Assembly (NCBI GenBank): GCA_963806185.1
Contig: CAWDXE010000007.1
Coordinates: forward strand, 480,001-544,000
Direction: 5' to 3'
From: an uncultured candidate division Zixibacteria bacterium
GTDB lineage: Bacteria > Zixibacteria > MSB-5A5 > GN15 > FEB-12
DNA length: 64,000 nucleotides
Positions 62,079-64,000 of the stretch are shown one piece after another (within the stretch, counting starts at the first letter, position 1; every line of letters begins with the position of its first letter). Made by a program: the position numbers and the translations under genes. The notes beneath the pieces were generated by a model that had not been told where the DNA came from, did not search any database, and was given only the letters and a program-made list of their open reading frames with translations.

Positions 62079-64000
62079 ATGGGAAAGATAATCGGCATCG
62101 ATCTGGGGACGACCAATTCTTGTGTAGCGGTCCTGGAAGGCCAGGATCCGGTCGTCATTCCGAATCTTGAAGGGGGCCGGATTACGCCCTCGGTGGTGGC
62201 ATTCACCAAAGATGGCGAGCGGTTGGTCGGGGCGGCGGCAAAACGTCAGGCGGTGACCAATCCGGAGAACACGGTGTTCTCGATCAAGCGGTTCATGGGG
62301 CGCAAACACAGCGAGGTCGCGTCGGAAGAGAAGCTGGTGCCCTACAAGGTGACCGAAGATTCGAGCGGCAGCGTGATTGTCGAAGTACAGGGACACAAGT
62401 ACACTCCGCCGGAAATCTCGGCCATGATTCTTCAGTATCTGAAGAAGACGGCGGAGAATTTTCTCGGACAGGAAGTGACCCAGGCGGTGATAACCGTACC
62501 GGCCTATTTCAACGACTCGCAGCGCCAGGCGACCAAGGACGCCGGCAAGATCGCCGGGCTGGAAGTCCTGCGAATCATCAACGAGCCGACGGCGGCGTCA
62601 TTGTCGTATGGATTGCAGAGGAAAGCCAACGAGAAGATCGCCGTTTACGATCTGGGCGGCGGTACGTTTGACATTTCGATTCTGGAGATCGGCGACGGCG
62701 TGTTCGAGGTTCGTTCGACCAACGGCGATACGCACCTGGGCGGTGACGATTTCGACCAGGTGATTATCGACTGGATGGCGGACGAGTTCCTGAAGTCGCA
62801 GGGGATCGATCTGCGCAAGGACCGGATGGCATTGCAGCGACTGAAAGAGGCGGCGGAGAAGGCGAAGATCGAGCTGTCGTCGACCATGCAGACCAATATC
62901 AATCTGCCGTTTATCACGGCCGATCAGTCGGGGCCGAAGCATCTGGACCTGATGTTGACGCGCGCCAAGCTCGAGCAGCTGACGGACGCACTGATTCAGC
63001 GGACGGTCGGTCCGGTGAAAGCGGCGCTGGCGGACGCCAAGTTGTCGTTCAGCGACATCGACGAAGTAGTGATGGTGGGCGGTATGACGCGCATGCCGAA
63101 AGTGGTGGATACAGTGCGCCAGTTGTTCGGCAAAGAGCCGCACAAGGGGGTCAATCCGGATGAAGTCGTGGCGGTCGGAGCTGCGATTCAGGCGGGTGTG
63201 CTGGCGGGCGACATGAAGGATATCGTGTTGCTCGACGTGACGCCGCTGTCGCTGGGTATTGAAACGCTTGGCGGCGTGATGACGAAGCTGATCGACCGAA
63301 ACACGACGATCCCGACGAAGAAGTCGCAGATTTTCTCGACCGCGTCCGACAATCAGCCGGCCGTGTCGATTCATGTTCTTCAGGGCGAGCGGCCCATGGC
63401 GCTTGACAACCGAACGCTGGGGCGGTTTGACCTCGTGGGCATTCCGGCGGCGCCGCGCGGGTTGCCGCAGATCGAGGTGACATTTAATATCGACGCCAAC
63501 GGCATCGTGCACGTGAGCGCGAAGGACCTGGCGACCGGCAAAGAGCAGTCGATCAAGATCGAGGTGTCCTCGGGGTTGTCCGAACAGGAAATCGATCGAA
63601 TGGTGAAAGACGCGGAGAAGTTCGGCGAAGAGGACAAGAAGAAAGCGGCGCTGATTCAGGCGCGTAACGAGGCCGACGCGCTGTTGTATCAGAGCGAAAA
63701 GACGGTCAAGGAACATGGCGACAAGGTGTCGGCCGACGACAAGAAGCGCATCGAGGAGGCAATCGAGAATTTGCGCAAGGCGATCGCCGGCGAGTCGGTG
63801 GAGGCGATCAACAGCGCGAAAGAGCAGTTGACGCAAGCGTCGCACAAGCTGGCCGAGGAGATGTACAAGGCGGCGCAGGCCGCCGGAGCGCAAGGACAGC
63901 CGGGTGCGGGTCCGCAGCAGGCCGGTCCGACCGGTGATGCGGGTGGGCAGACAACCGGCAAGTCGGGTGCTGTCGACGCCGATTTCGAAGTTGTCGACGA
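62079..64000 (+). CDS. dnaK: Chaperone DnaK (stop codon just beyond the window)
   Basis: [57 protein letters not shown], ends DADFEVVD. Confidence 0.98.
   Translation, partial: MGKIIGIDLGTTNSCVAVLEGQDPVVIPNLEGGRITPSVVAFTKDGERLVGAAAKRQAVTNPENTVFSIKRFMGRKHSEVASEEKLVPYKVTEDSSGSVIVEVQGHKYTPPEISAMILQYLKKTAENFLGQEVTQAVITVPAYFNDSQRQATKDAGKIAGLEVLRIINEPTAASLSYGLQRKANEKIAVYDLGGGTFDISILEIGDGVFEVRSTNGDTHLGGDDFDQVIIDWMADEFLKSQGIDLRKDRMALQRLKEAAEKAKIELSSTMQTNINLPFITADQSGPKHLDLMLTRAKLEQLTDALIQRTVGPVKAALADAKLSFSDIDEVVMVGGMTRMPKVVDTVRQLFGKEPHKGVNPDEVVAVGAAIQAGVLAGDMKDIVLLDVTPLSLGIETLGGVMTKLIDRNTTIPTKKSQIFSTASDNQPAVSIHVLQGERPMALDNRTLGRFDLVGIPAAPRGLPQIEVTFNIDANGIVHVSAKDLATGKEQSIKIEVSSGLSEQEIDRMVKDAEKFGEEDKKKAALIQARNEADALLYQSEKTVKEHGDKVSADDKKRIEEAIENLRKAIAGESVEAINSAKEQLTQASHKLAEEMYKAAQAAGAQGQPGAGPQQAGPTGDAGGQTTGKSGAVDADFEVVD

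Noticed and set aside
62598..63893. 431-aa ORF antisense to dnaK
   Set aside because: Long antisense frames opposite dnaK are a known by-product of codon bias (often mislabelled glutamate dehydrogenase); no independent motifs.

Overview
GC-rich, gene-dense bacterial chromosome segment from a diderm; almost all genes are on the + strand. Dockerin-tailed and PNP-type C-terminal-domain proteins plus a PorV/PorQ-like barrel suggest an FCB-related lineage such as candidate division Zixibacteria (inference only). Housekeeping genes: partial Lon-like protease, miaB, aroC, ymdB-like, folD, lapA/lapB, mutS-mutL-miaA, mltD-like, sppA, HU, a 31-aa bS22-like protein missed by the ORF track, purE, purD, hrcA-grpE-dnaK (dnaK truncated at the window end). 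Accessory content: large secreted modular proteins (cohesin-like, BACON/Ig, dockerin, beta-propeller, FlgD/T9SS-like tails), a tandem pair of ~840-aa paralogues with an identical 78-bp 3' end, a pseudo-histidine-kinase/HDOD pair, and a sigma54 activator followed by its apparent target promoter. The best candidate for an undescribed system is 20995-34267: surface Ig protein, PorV-like barrel fused to TPRs, a membrane RsbW-kinase/HAMP/PP2C fusion, a STAS-HTH protein with an A10 slippery tract, a diguanylate cyclase, then Wza, TPR, BY-kinase and polysaccharide deacetylase. About ten apparent single-base frameshifts split genes and are probably assembly errors. No rRNA, tRNA, CRISPR array, integrase or transposase was seen.
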